64,000 nucleotides of DNA from contig JADGOO010000113.1 of assembly GCA_017882905.1 (NCBI GenBank), forward strand, positions 372-64,371, read 5' to 3'. The translations under genes were made by a program, and so were the position numbers. Shown piece by piece: positions 27,850 through 37,246 of this stretch. The DNA is from Acidimicrobiia bacterium. GTDB lineage: Bacteria; Actinomycetota; Acidimicrobiia; IMCC26256; PALSA-610. Under the pieces are notes generated by a model. It was not told the DNA's origin and did not search any database. It was given only the letters and a program-made list of their open reading frames with translations. Each line of letters begins with the position of its first letter. Position 1 is the first letter of the stretch.

Positions 27850-29535
27850 GTGGCGACCGACGCACCGGTTACCGTCAACGCGGACACGCAACGCCTACAC
27901 GAGATGGGCTATGCGCAAGAGCTCAGTCGCAAGATGGGCTGGTTCTCGAACTTCGCAATCTCGTTCTCGATCATCTCGATCCTGGCCGGGGCCATGACCA
28001 CCTACTGGCTGGGCATGCAGGCCGGTGGCCCCCGGGCGATCATGCTCGGCTGGATCATCGTCGGCTTCTTCTCGCTGCTCGTCGGCATGTCGATGGCCGA
28101 GATCTGCTCCACCTACCCGACTGCGGGCGGGCTCTACTACTGGTCGGCGAAGCTGGCACGGAAGAACGCCCCGGCATGGAGCTGGTTCACCGGCTGGTTC
28201 AACCTCATCGGCCTCATCGGCGTGATCGCATCGGTCGACTTCGCGCTCGCGACGTTCACGGGCTTCTTCATCCAGCTCTATCGCCCGAGCTTCGAGATCG
28301 CGGGCGCGACGGGCGCGCGCAACATCTTCTTGATCTTCTGCGCCTATCTCGTGATCCACGGTTTGTTGAACACGTTCCGGGTCGACATCGTGGCCAAGCT
28401 CGGCGACATCAGCGTCTGGTGGCACGTGATCGGCGTGCTCGTCATCTTCGTGATCCTCATCTTCGCCCCTGCACACCACCAGAGCGTCAGCTTCTTGTTC
28501 AAGTCGAAGAACCTCACCGGCTGGACGGGGCCATTCGCCGGGCTCTATGTGTTCGGCCTCGGCATGCTGCTCGCGCAGTACACGATCACCGGATTCGATG
28601 CGTCGGCGCACGTGAGTGAAGAGACGCACGGAGCGCACACGGAGGCGCCGAAGGCCATCGTGCGGGCGATCTACGTGTCGGCCATCGCCGCGTTCGTGCT
28701 CAACCTGGCGATGACACTCGCCATCCCGAAGGGCACCTTCGGCACCGGTTCGAGCGCAGTGCCCATGTACGACCACATCGGATTGATCGGCATCAACTCG
28801 GCACCCGAGCTCATCCGCCTCGCCGTGGGCGGTGCAGGCGCCAAGCTGTTGATCCTCATCTCGATCGTCGGCCAGTTCTTCTGCGGCATGGCGTCGGTCA
28901 CGGCGAGCTCACGAATGATCTACGCCTTCAGCCGTGACGGCGCGCTTCCGGGCCACAAGATCTGGCACCGCATCAACCCGAAGACGCGTACACCGACGAA
29001 CGGCGTGTGGCTCGCGGTGGTGCTCTCGGCGATCGTGGGTGCGTCGTCGCTGTACCAGAACCGTGGTGTGGCGATCGCGTTCTTCGCCATGACCGGCATC
29101 GCGGTGGTCGGGCTCTACATCGCCTACATCATCCCCGTGTATCTGCGGCTGCGGAACCGCGAGTTCCAGCAGGGCGAATGGCACCTCGGCAAGTACAGCC
29201 AGATCGTCGGGTGGACGGCCGTCGTGTGGGTCGTGATCGTCTCGATCTACTTCTTCATGCCGGTGTACCCGCTGATCCCGCGCCCGTGGGACGACTTCCA
29301 CGGATTCGCCAACGTGTTCAACTGGTCGGGTCCGCTGATCCTGCTGTCGTTCATCGCCGTGTCGATCTACTGGCTGGTCTCGGCCAAGAACTGGTTCCAG
29401 GGACCGCAGGTGCAAGGCACGCCCGAGGAGCTGCGCGCGATCGAGCGCGCGCTGGAGTTCGGCGATGTCGACGCCGTCCTCAAGCTCGAAGATGCCGAGG
29501 ACAAGCGGGTGACCGAGCACCAACAAGGTCACTGA
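27850..29535 (+). CDS. APC-family amino acid/amine permease (GABA/choline/polyamine type)
   Basis: FSNFAISFSIIS, AEICSTYPTAGGLYYWS, TGFDASAHVSEET, SRMIYAFSRDG. Confidence 0.9.
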   Translation: MATDAPVTVNADTQRLHEMGYAQELSRKMGWFSNFAISFSIISILAGAMTTYWLGMQAGGPRAIMLGWIIVGFFSLLVGMSMAEICSTYPTAGGLYYWSAKLARKNAPAWSWFTGWFNLIGLIGVIASVDFALATFTGFFIQLYRPSFEIAGATGARNIFLIFCAYLVIHGLLNTFRVDIVAKLGDISVWWHVIGVLVIFVILIFAPAHHQSVSFLFKSKNLTGWTGPFAGLYVFGLGMLLAQYTITGFDASAHVSEETHGAHTEAPKAIVRAIYVSAIAAFVLNLAMTLAIPKGTFGTGSSAVPMYDHIGLIGINSAPELIRLAVGGAGAKLLILISIVGQFFCGMASVTASSRMIYAFSRDGALPGHKIWHRINPKTRTPTNGVWLAVVLSAIVGASSLYQNRGVAIAFFAMTGIAVVGLYIAYIIPVYLRLRNREFQQGEWHLGKYSQIVGWTAVVWVVIVSIYFFMPVYPLIPRPWDDFHGFANVFNWSGPLILLSFIAVSIYWLVSAKNWFQGPQVQGTPEELRAIERALEFGDVDAVLKLEDAEDKRVTEHQQGH

Positions 29536-29572
29536 CCTGCCCGACGGCAATCTCGAAGGACTGCTCGATCGT

Positions 29573-30463
29573 GTGCCCGGCTGGAGCGGCCGGGCACACA
29601 TCGAGCGCGCCCTCGACGGCGGCATCACGAATCGCAACTACGTCGTCGTGTGCGGCGCGGACCGCTTCGTGCTGCGCGTGTGCGGAGACCGGACGAACCT
29701 CCTCGAGATCGACCGGATGCGCGAGCACGAAGCCGCGACACGCGCGGCCTCGCTCGGCATCGCACCTCGGGTGATCGAATGGGTCGAATCCGCGGGGCTG
29801 CTCGTCACCAGCTACATCCACGGCCGCACGATCACGCCCGCCGATCTCGCGTCGACCGACGGCCTCGCGGCTGTGTGCGCTGCGCTGCGCAAGTTCCACG
29901 CGTCGGGCCCGCTCTCCGGCGACTTCGATGCGTTTGTCGTGCCGTTCCTCCACCGGGAGGCCGCGGTGTCGTGCAACGTCGCGATCCCCGACGAGTTCGC
30001 CGCGGCTGAGCTGTGCGCCCGGCAGATCGCCGCCGCGTTCGCCGCTGATCCCGAACCGAAGATGGCGTGCCACAACGACTTGCTGAACGCGAACTTCCTG
30101 CGCGACGACACGCAGCTCTGGCTGCTCGACTGGGAGTACGCGGGCAACAACGACCGCTACTTCGACCTTGGGAACATGGCGGTGAACAACGACTTCGACG
30201 CCGATGCCGACGAAGCACTCGTGCTCGCGTACTTCGGGAGCGTCACGCGACGGCGCCTCGCGCGGCTGCGCCTGATGCGGATCATGAGCGACTTCCGTGA
30301 GGCGATGTGGGGCGTCGTGCAACAAGGACTGAGCACGCTCGAGTTCGACTACGTGAGCTACGCCGCCAAGCACTTCGACCGCCTGCTGTCGAACGCGACG
30401 ACACCCGGCTACCGTCGCTCGCTCGACGACGCCGCGACCCCCGACGCGGCGCCCGACACATGA
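29573..30463 (+). CDS. Choline/ethanolamine-kinase-like phosphotransferase
   Basis: GGITNRNY, CHNDLLNAN, LLDWEYAG..DRYFDLG; frame is open back to a stop at 29510, so a non-canonical upstream start is possible. Confidence 0.8.
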   Translation: MPGWSGRAHIERALDGGITNRNYVVVCGADRFVLRVCGDRTNLLEIDRMREHEAATRAASLGIAPRVIEWVESAGLLVTSYIHGRTITPADLASTDGLAAVCAALRKFHASGPLSGDFDAFVVPFLHREAAVSCNVAIPDEFAAAELCARQIAAAFAADPEPKMACHNDLLNANFLRDDTQLWLLDWEYAGNNDRYFDLGNMAVNNDFDADADEALVLAYFGSVTRRRLARLRLMRIMSDFREAMWGVVQQGLSTLEFDYVSYAAKHFDRLLSNATTPGYRRSLDDAATPDAAPDT

Positions 30464-30527
30464 CAGCTGACTGCTGACCACTGGACCCACTGAGGGGCGC
30501 GGCCGGCGCCCGAGATGGAGAGACGGC

Positions 30528-32987
30528 ATGCGGGAGCGGGCGCGCATCGTGATCGTGGGTGCCGGTGTGGCCGGCGCGTCGATCGCGTGGCACCTCGCCG
30601 AGCGCGGCGAGACCGACGTGCTGGTGGTGGAGCGCGCCGAGCCGACGAGCGGCAGCACGTTCCACTCGGCCGGTCTCGTGGGCCAGCTGCGGTCGTCACT
30701 CCCGCTCACCCGGATGATGATGCACAGCGTCGACGTGTATCGCAGGCTCGAAGCGGAAGCCGCCGAGACGGGACGCTCGCCCGGTTGGCGCGAAGTGGGC
30801 TCGTTGCGGCTGGCGTGCACGCCGCCCCGCATGGAGGAGCTCAGCCGCCAACACGGCTGGGCGAAGACCTTCGGACTCCCGATGGATCTGCTCACACCGT
30901 CGGAGTGCCAGGAGCGCTTCCCGTTGATGCGCAGCGACGACGTGCTCGGCGGAGTGTGGCTGCCCACTGATGGGTTCCTCGACCCATCCGGTCTCACCCA
31001 CGCGTTCCTCGGCGGCGCGCGCAGCCGCGGCGTCGAGGTGGCAAGCGGCGTGCGCGTGACGGGATTCGTGGTCGACCGCGGCCGCGTGCGCGCGGTCGTC
31101 ACCGACCACGGCACGATCGAATGCGACGCGTGTGTGCTCGCGTGCGGCATGTACACCTACGGCGTGGCCGCACTCGCGGGCGTGAACGTGCCGATCGTGC
31201 CGATGGCGCATCAGTACCTGATCACCAAGTCGGTGCCGGGAGTGTTCGACGAGCTGCCGCAGCTGCGCGACCCCGACAACCTCGTGTACTTCCGCCGTGA
31301 AGGCAACGGTCTCGTGCTCGGCGGCTACGAGCGCGAGCCGGCGCCGTGGTCGTTGCACGGCGTGCCCGACGACTTCAACAACAAGCTCCTGGCGGAGGAC
31401 TGGGACCGCTTCGCACCGTTGATGACGAACGCGTGCCGCCGGGTACCCGCGGCCGAGACGGCCGACATCGTGAGCCTGGTGAACGGACCGGAAGGCTTCA
31501 CGCCCGACAACGAGTTCGTGCTCGGTGAGAGCGACGTGCACGGCCTGTTCGTCGCCGCCGGCTTCTGCGCGCACGGCATCGCCGGCGCCGGCGGAGTGGG
31601 CCGCGTGCTGAGCGAATGGATCCTCGACGGCGGGCCGTCGATCGACTGTTGGAAGATGGACATCCGCCGCTTCGGCCGCCAGTACCGCGATCGGGGCTTT
31701 GCGCTCGCCCGCGCCGTCGAGGTGTACCGCACCTACTACGACATCCATTACCCGAACGAGGAGCGCCAGGCCGCTCGCCCCCTGCGGCGCTCGCCTGCCT
31801 TTGCGCGCCTGGCCGATCTCGGCTGCGCCTTCGGCGAGAAGTCGAGCTGGGAACGACCGAACTGGTTCGCGCCGAACGAGGCACGCGCGACCGACGAGGT
31901 GCCGCGGCCGCGCGGTTGGGCCGGTGAGCACTGGAGCCCGGCCATCGGTGCCGAGGCGCTCGCGGTGCGCGATTCGTGTGCGCTGTTCGACGAGACCAGC
32001 TTCTCGAAGCTCGAGATCACCGGCGGCGGCGCGCTCGCATTCCTCCAACGCGTGTGCGCGAACGACATCGACGTCGAAGTTGGCGGTGTGGTGTACACGC
32101 AGCTCTGCAACGAGCGCGGCGGCATCGAATGCGACCTCACCGTGACGCGCATCGGAGCCGAGCAGTTCTTCTTGGTGACGGGCACGGCGTTCGGGAACCA
32201 CGATCTCGGTTGGATCCGCACGCAGCTCGATCGCGTCGGCCCCGTCGACGCGCACGGTTACGACGTGGATGCGCACGACGTGACATCGGCCTGGGCCTGC
32301 TACGGCATCTGGGGCCCGCGCGCGCGTGACGTGCTCGCGCCCCTCACCACACACTCGCTCGGCAACGATGCTTTCCCGTATCTGCACGCGGCGCGCATCA
32401 GCATCGGGCCCGTGCCGGTCGTTGCCCTGCGCGTCACCTATGTGGGCGAGCTGGGCTGGGAGCTCTACTGCCCGAGCGAGTACGGCCTGACGCTGTGGGA
32501 CACGCTCTGGGCCGCCGGCGAAGCGCACGCGATGGTGGCCGGTGGGTACCGGGCCATCGACGCGTTGCGTGTGGAGAAGGGCTACCGCGTGTGGGGCTCC
32601 GACATCTCGCCCGACGACAACCCCTACGAAGCCGGCCTCGGCTTCGCCGTGGCGCTCGCCAAGCCGGGCGACTTCACGGGGCGTGCCGCGCTCGAAGCGG
32701 TGCGCCGCGACGGCCCGCGCCGGCGCTTGCGCGCGGTGGTGCTCGACGATCGCGAAGCCGTATGTCTCGGCAGCGAGCCGGTGCGCGTCGACGGCGTGAT
32801 CCAAGGACGCGTCACGAGCGGCGGCTACGGGTTCCGGGTGGGCGCGTCGATCGCCTATTGCTACGTACCGACCGAGCTCGCCGATCTGGGCCGTCGTGTC
32901 GAGGTCGAGGTGTTCGGCGAGTGGATCGGCGCCACGATCACCAAGGAACCGTTGTGGGATCCCTCCGGTGCCCGCATCCGAGCGTGA
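30528..32987 (+). CDS. GcvT-family FAD-dependent amine dehydrogenase (dimethylglycine/sarcosine dehydrogenase-like)
   Basis: IVGAGVAG, STFHSAG, GPEGFTPD, FGEKSSWERPNWF, RVTYVGELGWEL, LRVEKGY. Confidence 0.9.
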   Translation: MRERARIVIVGAGVAGASIAWHLAERGETDVLVVERAEPTSGSTFHSAGLVGQLRSSLPLTRMMMHSVDVYRRLEAEAAETGRSPGWREVGSLRLACTPPRMEELSRQHGWAKTFGLPMDLLTPSECQERFPLMRSDDVLGGVWLPTDGFLDPSGLTHAFLGGARSRGVEVASGVRVTGFVVDRGRVRAVVTDHGTIECDACVLACGMYTYGVAALAGVNVPIVPMAHQYLITKSVPGVFDELPQLRDPDNLVYFRREGNGLVLGGYEREPAPWSLHGVPDDFNNKLLAEDWDRFAPLMTNACRRVPAAETADIVSLVNGPEGFTPDNEFVLGESDVHGLFVAAGFCAHGIAGAGGVGRVLSEWILDGGPSIDCWKMDIRRFGRQYRDRGFALARAVEVYRTYYDIHYPNEERQAARPLRRSPAFARLADLGCAFGEKSSWERPNWFAPNEARATDEVPRPRGWAGEHWSPAIGAEALAVRDSCALFDETSFSKLEITGGGALAFLQRVCANDIDVEVGGVVYTQLCNERGGIECDLTVTRIGAEQFFLVTGTAFGNHDLGWIRTQLDRVGPVDAHGYDVDAHDVTSAWACYGIWGPRARDVLAPLTTHSLGNDAFPYLHAARISIGPVPVVALRVTYVGELGWELYCPSEYGLTLWDTLWAAGEAHAMVAGGYRAIDALRVEKGYRVWGSDISPDDNPYEAGLGFAVALAKPGDFTGRAALEAVRRDGPRRRLRAVVLDDREAVCLGSEPVRVDGVIQGRVTSGGYGFRVGASIAYCYVPTELADLGRRVEVEVFGEWIGATITKEPLWDPSGARIRA

Positions 32988-33038
32988 TATGCGACGCGGC
33001 GCACGTCGAGCCGTTCGGCCGGTGAGGAGCGATCGAAC

Positions 33039-34487
33039 ATGATCGTGCTCGCCATCGACCAAGGCACGTCGGCGACCAAGGCGCTCGTCGTCGACGAGCG
33101 GGGCGTGGTCATCGGTGCCGCCGAGCGTGATGTGGCCGTGGATGCACGATCCGACGGAGCGGTCGAGACCGACCCCGAAGGCCTGTGGCGCTCCGTCGTG
33201 GACGCCGGCCGCGCGGCGCTGGATGGCGCGGGCCGGCCGCGCGTCGACGCGATCGGCCTGGCGAACCAGGGCGAGACGGTCTTGGCATGGGATCAGGCCA
33301 CCACCGCGCCGCTCACGTCGGCCATCGTGTGGCAGGACCGCCGCGCCGCGCCGCTGTGCGAGCGGCTCGCCGCCGACGGCTGGGATGCGCGCTTGCGCGC
33401 GCTCACAGGCCTCGAGCTCGACCCCTACTTCAGCGCTCCGAAGCTGGCGTGGCTGCGCGCGTCGCTCACCCGAGACGGCGTGGCCGGCACGACCGACACG
33501 TGGTTGCTCCAGCGCCTCACCGGCGAGCTGGTCACCGACACGGCAACCGCGTCGCGGTCGCTGCTGCTCGATCTCGACACGGCGCGGTGGTCCGCTGAGG
33601 CGTGCGCCGCGTTCGCCATCGATCCCGCAACGTTGCCCCGCATCGTCGGCAACGCCGAGCCGATCGGCGCCACCGACGTCTTCTCGCCCGGGTTGGGGGT
33701 GCCCCTCACCGGTACGTGTGTCGACCAGCAAGCTGCGCTGTTCGCGCAGCGGTGCACGGAACCCGGCGACACGAAGTGCACCTACGGCACGGGGGCGTTC
33801 CTGCTCACGCAGACCGGCACGGTCGCGCGCCGCTCCACGAACGGCCTCGTGGCATGCGTCGCGTGGCAGCTGGCCGACGGTGTGCACTACTGCCTCGACG
33901 GGCAGGTGTACACGGTGGGCGCGGCGGTCGACTGGCTACGCACCGTCGGCCTCATCGAACACGCCCGCGATCTCGACGGCGTCGGCGCGCAGGTGGCCGA
34001 CACGGGCGGCGTGGTGTTCGTGGCCGGCTTGGCCGGGCTCGCCGCACCGTTCTGGCGACCGGGTGCGCACGGCGCGTTCACCGGCCTGACCCTCGCCACC
34101 ACGCGTGCCCACCTCGTGCGCGCGGCCGTCGAGGGCATCGCCGCGCAGGTCGCATGGCTCGCCCGGGCCGCGGCCGCCGACATGGGTGCGCCGCTCACGT
34201 GTCTGCGCGTCGACGGCGGCCTCACGCGCTCGCGGTTGCTGCTCCAGCTGCAGGCCGACTTGGCGCAGGTTCCGATCGAGGTGCACGACTCACCGCACGC
34301 CACCGCACTCGGCGTGGCCGCGTTCGCCCGGATCGGCGCGGGCGGGGCCGGCGACGCGGCTACCGCGTTCGGCGAAGGCGTCGACACGCGCCCGACCACC
34401 GTGATCGAGCCGGCGATCGGCCGGGCGGAAGCCGAGGCCCGCCTCGACGCATGGCGCACCGCAGCCGAAGGGACGGCCGAGCTGTGA
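33039..34487 (+). CDS. FGGY-family kinase, glycerol-kinase-like
   Basis: AIDQGTSAT, NQGET, WQDRR, DPYFSAPK, DQQAALF, KCTYGTGAF, VDGG. Confidence 0.88.
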   Translation: MIVLAIDQGTSATKALVVDERGVVIGAAERDVAVDARSDGAVETDPEGLWRSVVDAGRAALDGAGRPRVDAIGLANQGETVLAWDQATTAPLTSAIVWQDRRAAPLCERLAADGWDARLRALTGLELDPYFSAPKLAWLRASLTRDGVAGTTDTWLLQRLTGELVTDTATASRSLLLDLDTARWSAEACAAFAIDPATLPRIVGNAEPIGATDVFSPGLGVPLTGTCVDQQAALFAQRCTEPGDTKCTYGTGAFLLTQTGTVARRSTNGLVACVAWQLADGVHYCLDGQVYTVGAAVDWLRTVGLIEHARDLDGVGAQVADTGGVVFVAGLAGLAAPFWRPGAHGAFTGLTLATTRAHLVRAAVEGIAAQVAWLARAAAADMGAPLTCLRVDGGLTRSRLLLQLQADLAQVPIEVHDSPHATALGVAAFARIGAGGAGDAATAFGEGVDTRPTTVIEPAIGRAEAEARLDAWRTAAEGTAEL

Positions 34488-37216
34488 GCGACCCCGGCGC
34501 GCGCCGCACCGAACCGTTCGACGTGGCCGTGGTCGGCGCAGGGGTGGTGGGGACGGCGATCGCGCGCGAGCTCGCACAACGGGGCGCGCACGTACTGATC
34601 GTCGAGGGCGGACCCGACATCGGCGCGGGCACGAGCAAGGCGAACACCGCGATCCTTCACACAGGATTCGACGCCAAGCCCGACACGACCGAGGCGCGCC
34701 TCGTTGCCCGCGGCGCGACGCTCCTCGGCGCCTACGCAGAGCGACGCGGGATCGCGGTCGAGCGCACCGGCGCGTTGCTGGTGGCGTGGACCGAGGAACA
34801 GCTTGACACGCTCCCCCGCCTCGCCGAGCAAGCCGCGCAGAACGGCTACCGCCACACGCACCTCGTCGATCGTGGATCGCTCACGACACTCGAGCCCCAC
34901 CTCGGCGCCGGTGCACTCGGCGCGCTGGCCGTTCCCGACGAGGCCATCATCGACCCGTGGTCGCCGGTGATCGCGTTCGCCACTGACGCCGTGCTCGCCG
35001 GCGCGCAGCTCGTGCGCGGCGCGCCTCTTCACGCGATCGATCTCGCTGGTGCTCACCACACGTTGCACACACGCGACGAGTCGTTCACCGCGCGTTGGAT
35101 CGTGAACGCGGCCGGTCTGCACGCCGACGACGTGGATCGCCTCGCCGGGTTCTCCGCGTTCACCGTGACCGCGCGCCGCGGCGAGTTGATCGTGTTCGAC
35201 AAGCTGGCGCGCCGGCTCGTGCACCACATCCTGTTGCCTGTACCCACAGCCACGACCAAGGGCGTTCTCGTGAGCCCGACGGTGTTCGGCAACGTGGTGC
35301 TCGGACCGACCGCCGAGGACCTCGACGACAAGGACGACCGATCGACAAGTCGCGCCGGTCTCGACGGCCTGCTCGCCCACGGGCGGCGCATCGTGCCCGC
35401 GCTCGTCGACGAGGAGATCACCGCCACCTACGCCGGTCTGCGCGCCGCGACCGAGCAATCCGACTACCGGCTCGCGACCTACGCCGAGCAGCGGTGGATC
35501 ACGGCGGGCGGCATCCGCTCGACCGGGCTGACGGCGTCGATGGCGATCGCCGAGCACGTGGCCCGGGAGCTGGTGGGCGCGGGGCTGGCGCTCCGGCCGC
35601 GCGACGGCGACGGCAACGGCGACGGCGACGGCGCGTGGTCGGTGCCACCGCTCGGCGAGACGACGCGGCGGCCGCACGGCGACGCGGCGCGCATCGAGGC
35701 CGACCCCGCCTACGGCGAGATCGTGTGCCACTGCGAGCGGGTGACCGCCGGCGAGCTGCGCGATGCCTGGGCCAGCCCGATCCCGCCCGTCGACCTCGAC
35801 GGCCTCCGGCGCCGCACGCGCGTGCTCATGGGCCGCTGCCAGGGCTTCCACTGCGCCGCCGCCGCCCGCACACCCCCCGAGCCCCCGATGCGTCGCTCAC
35901 CCGCGTCTGGCGCGGGTGAGCGACGCATCGGTGGGGCGTCGGGGGCGGGGCGAGTCGATGTGCTGGTGGTCGGCGCCGGGCCCGCCGGCCTCAGCGCGGC
36001 CGCGCGGCTCGCCGCGGCCGGCGTGGCCGTGCTCGTCGTGGAACGGGCCGAGGCGCCCGGCGGCATCCCCCGCCACACCCACCATCAGGGCTTCGGCTGG
36101 CGCGACCTGCGTCGCAGCCTCACCGGGCCGCAGTACGCGGCGCGCCTCGCCGACCGCGCCGTGGCCGCCGGTGCCGCGATCGAGCTCGCAACCACGGCGG
36201 ACATCGCCAGTGACGCCTGGGCCGGAACGCGCGCGTTCGAGCTCACTGCGCCCGGCGGGCGGCGCCGCGTCGAGGCCGGCGCGGTCCTCCTCGCAACAGG
36301 CTGTCGTGAGCGACCGCGCAACGCGCGCCTCGTCCCCGGCGACCGGCCCGACGGTGTGCTCACCACGGGCGCGCTCCAGGTGCTGATCGATGCCGGACGG
36401 TTCCATGGTGCGCGCGCTGTCGTGGTGGGCGCGGAGCACGTGTCGTACTCGGCGGCGCTCACGTTGCGACATGCCGGTTGCGCGGTCGCGGCGATGGTCA
36501 CCACGGAACCGGGACCGCAGAGCTTCGCGGCGTTCGACGTGATCCGCCGCGTCGTGTGGCGCACTCCCCTGCTCACGCGCCGTGCACCGGCGCGCATCAA
36601 CGGTCGACACGGCCGGGTGGAAGCGGTCGTGCTCGACGACGGCCGCGTGATCGAGTGCGACACGGTCGTGTTCAGTGGCGATTGGATACCAGACCATGAG
36701 CTCGCCCGCCGCGGCGGGATCGGCATCGATGCGCCAACCCGTGGCCCGTCGGTCGACATCGCGCTGCGCACGCGCACACCGGGCGTGTTCGCAGCCGGCA
36801 ACCTGTTGCACGCGGCGGCGACCGCCGATGTGTGCGCGCTCGACGGCCGTCATGTGGCCGCGGCCATCACCGCATGGCTCGGCGACGGTCGCTGGCCCGA
36901 GGCGCCGGTGGCGATCACCGCCGAGGCACCGTTCGCGTGGGTCAGCCCGAACCGTCTCTCCCCGGGCGGGAGCACTCTGCGCTCGCCGAACGGTCGCCTC
37001 CTCGCCCTGCCCGGCGCCGGTCGCGGCCCCGGCGGCGCCGGAGCGGGTCCCGGCCACCCCGGTCGGGCCACCCGCGTGGTGACCGTCGCACAGCACGGTC
37101 GGGTGCTCTGGCACGGCCGCCGGCGCCTCGTGGCGAACCGCCTCGTAAGCATCCCCGACGGTTGGCTGGCCGCCGTCGACCCGGATCTCGGAGCCGTCCG
37201 TGTCTCGGCCTCGTAG
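34484..37216 (+). CDS. Fusion: GlpA-like FAD oxidoreductase + BFD-like [2Fe-2S] domain + pyridine-nucleotide-disulphide-type oxidoreductase (910 aa)
   Basis: VVGAGVVG, GTSKANTAILH, CHCERVT, MGRCQGFHC, then a second VVGAGPAG, LLATGCRER, FAAGNLLH, all in one frame. Confidence 0.8.
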   Translation: MSDPGARRTEPFDVAVVGAGVVGTAIARELAQRGAHVLIVEGGPDIGAGTSKANTAILHTGFDAKPDTTEARLVARGATLLGAYAERRGIAVERTGALLVAWTEEQLDTLPRLAEQAAQNGYRHTHLVDRGSLTTLEPHLGAGALGALAVPDEAIIDPWSPVIAFATDAVLAGAQLVRGAPLHAIDLAGAHHTLHTRDESFTARWIVNAAGLHADDVDRLAGFSAFTVTARRGELIVFDKLARRLVHHILLPVPTATTKGVLVSPTVFGNVVLGPTAEDLDDKDDRSTSRAGLDGLLAHGRRIVPALVDEEITATYAGLRAATEQSDYRLATYAEQRWITAGGIRSTGLTASMAIAEHVARELVGAGLALRPRDGDGNGDGDGAWSVPPLGETTRRPHGDAARIEADPAYGEIVCHCERVTAGELRDAWASPIPPVDLDGLRRRTRVLMGRCQGFHCAAAARTPPEPPMRRSPASGAGERRIGGASGAGRVDVLVVGAGPAGLSAAARLAAAGVAVLVVERAEAPGGIPRHTHHQGFGWRDLRRSLTGPQYAARLADRAVAAGAAIELATTADIASDAWAGTRAFELTAPGGRRRVEAGAVLLATGCRERPRNARLVPGDRPDGVLTTGALQVLIDAGRFHGARAVVVGAEHVSYSAALTLRHAGCAVAAMVTTEPGPQSFAAFDVIRRVVWRTPLLTRRAPARINGRHGRVEAVVLDDGRVIECDTVVFSGDWIPDHELARRGGIGIDAPTRGPSVDIALRTRTPGVFAAGNLLHAAATADVCALDGRHVAAAITAWLGDGRWPEAPVAITAEAPFAWVSPNRLSPGGSTLRSPNGRLLALPGAGRGPGGAGAGPGHPGRATRVVTVAQHGRVLWHGRRRLVANRLVSIPDGWLAAVDPDLGAVRVSAS
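35603..35632. repeat. 6-bp tandem repeat (GACGGC)x5 encoding DGDGNGDGDG
   Basis: gacggc gacggc aacggc gacggc gacggc. Confidence 0.8.
35874..35945. repeat. Long palindrome in frame at the fusion junction
   Basis: Perfect 21-bp arms at 35885-35905 and 35911-35931, loop TCTGG, imperfect C/G extension. Confidence 0.9.
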
Positions 37217-37246
37217 GCTCGGCCGCCAGTGCGAAGGGGGAAGCCC

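Noticed and set aside
29510-29573. Possible frameshift or lost start in the choline-kinase-like gene
   Set aside because: All kinase motifs lie downstream of GTG 29573; a CTG start at 29537 or a short N-terminus explains it without a lesion
227-30517. 14-nt match cggcgcccgagatg at 227-240 and 30504-30517
   Set aside because: Too short and GC-rich to be distinguished from chance
30696-33887. 1063-aa minus-strand ORF and other long antisense or alternative-frame ORFs (e.g. 55743-57827, 33887-35851, 13691-16027)
   Set aside because: They overlap well-supported genes, are Arg/Ala/Gly-rich without motifs, and are expected from stop-codon scarcity at about 70% GC
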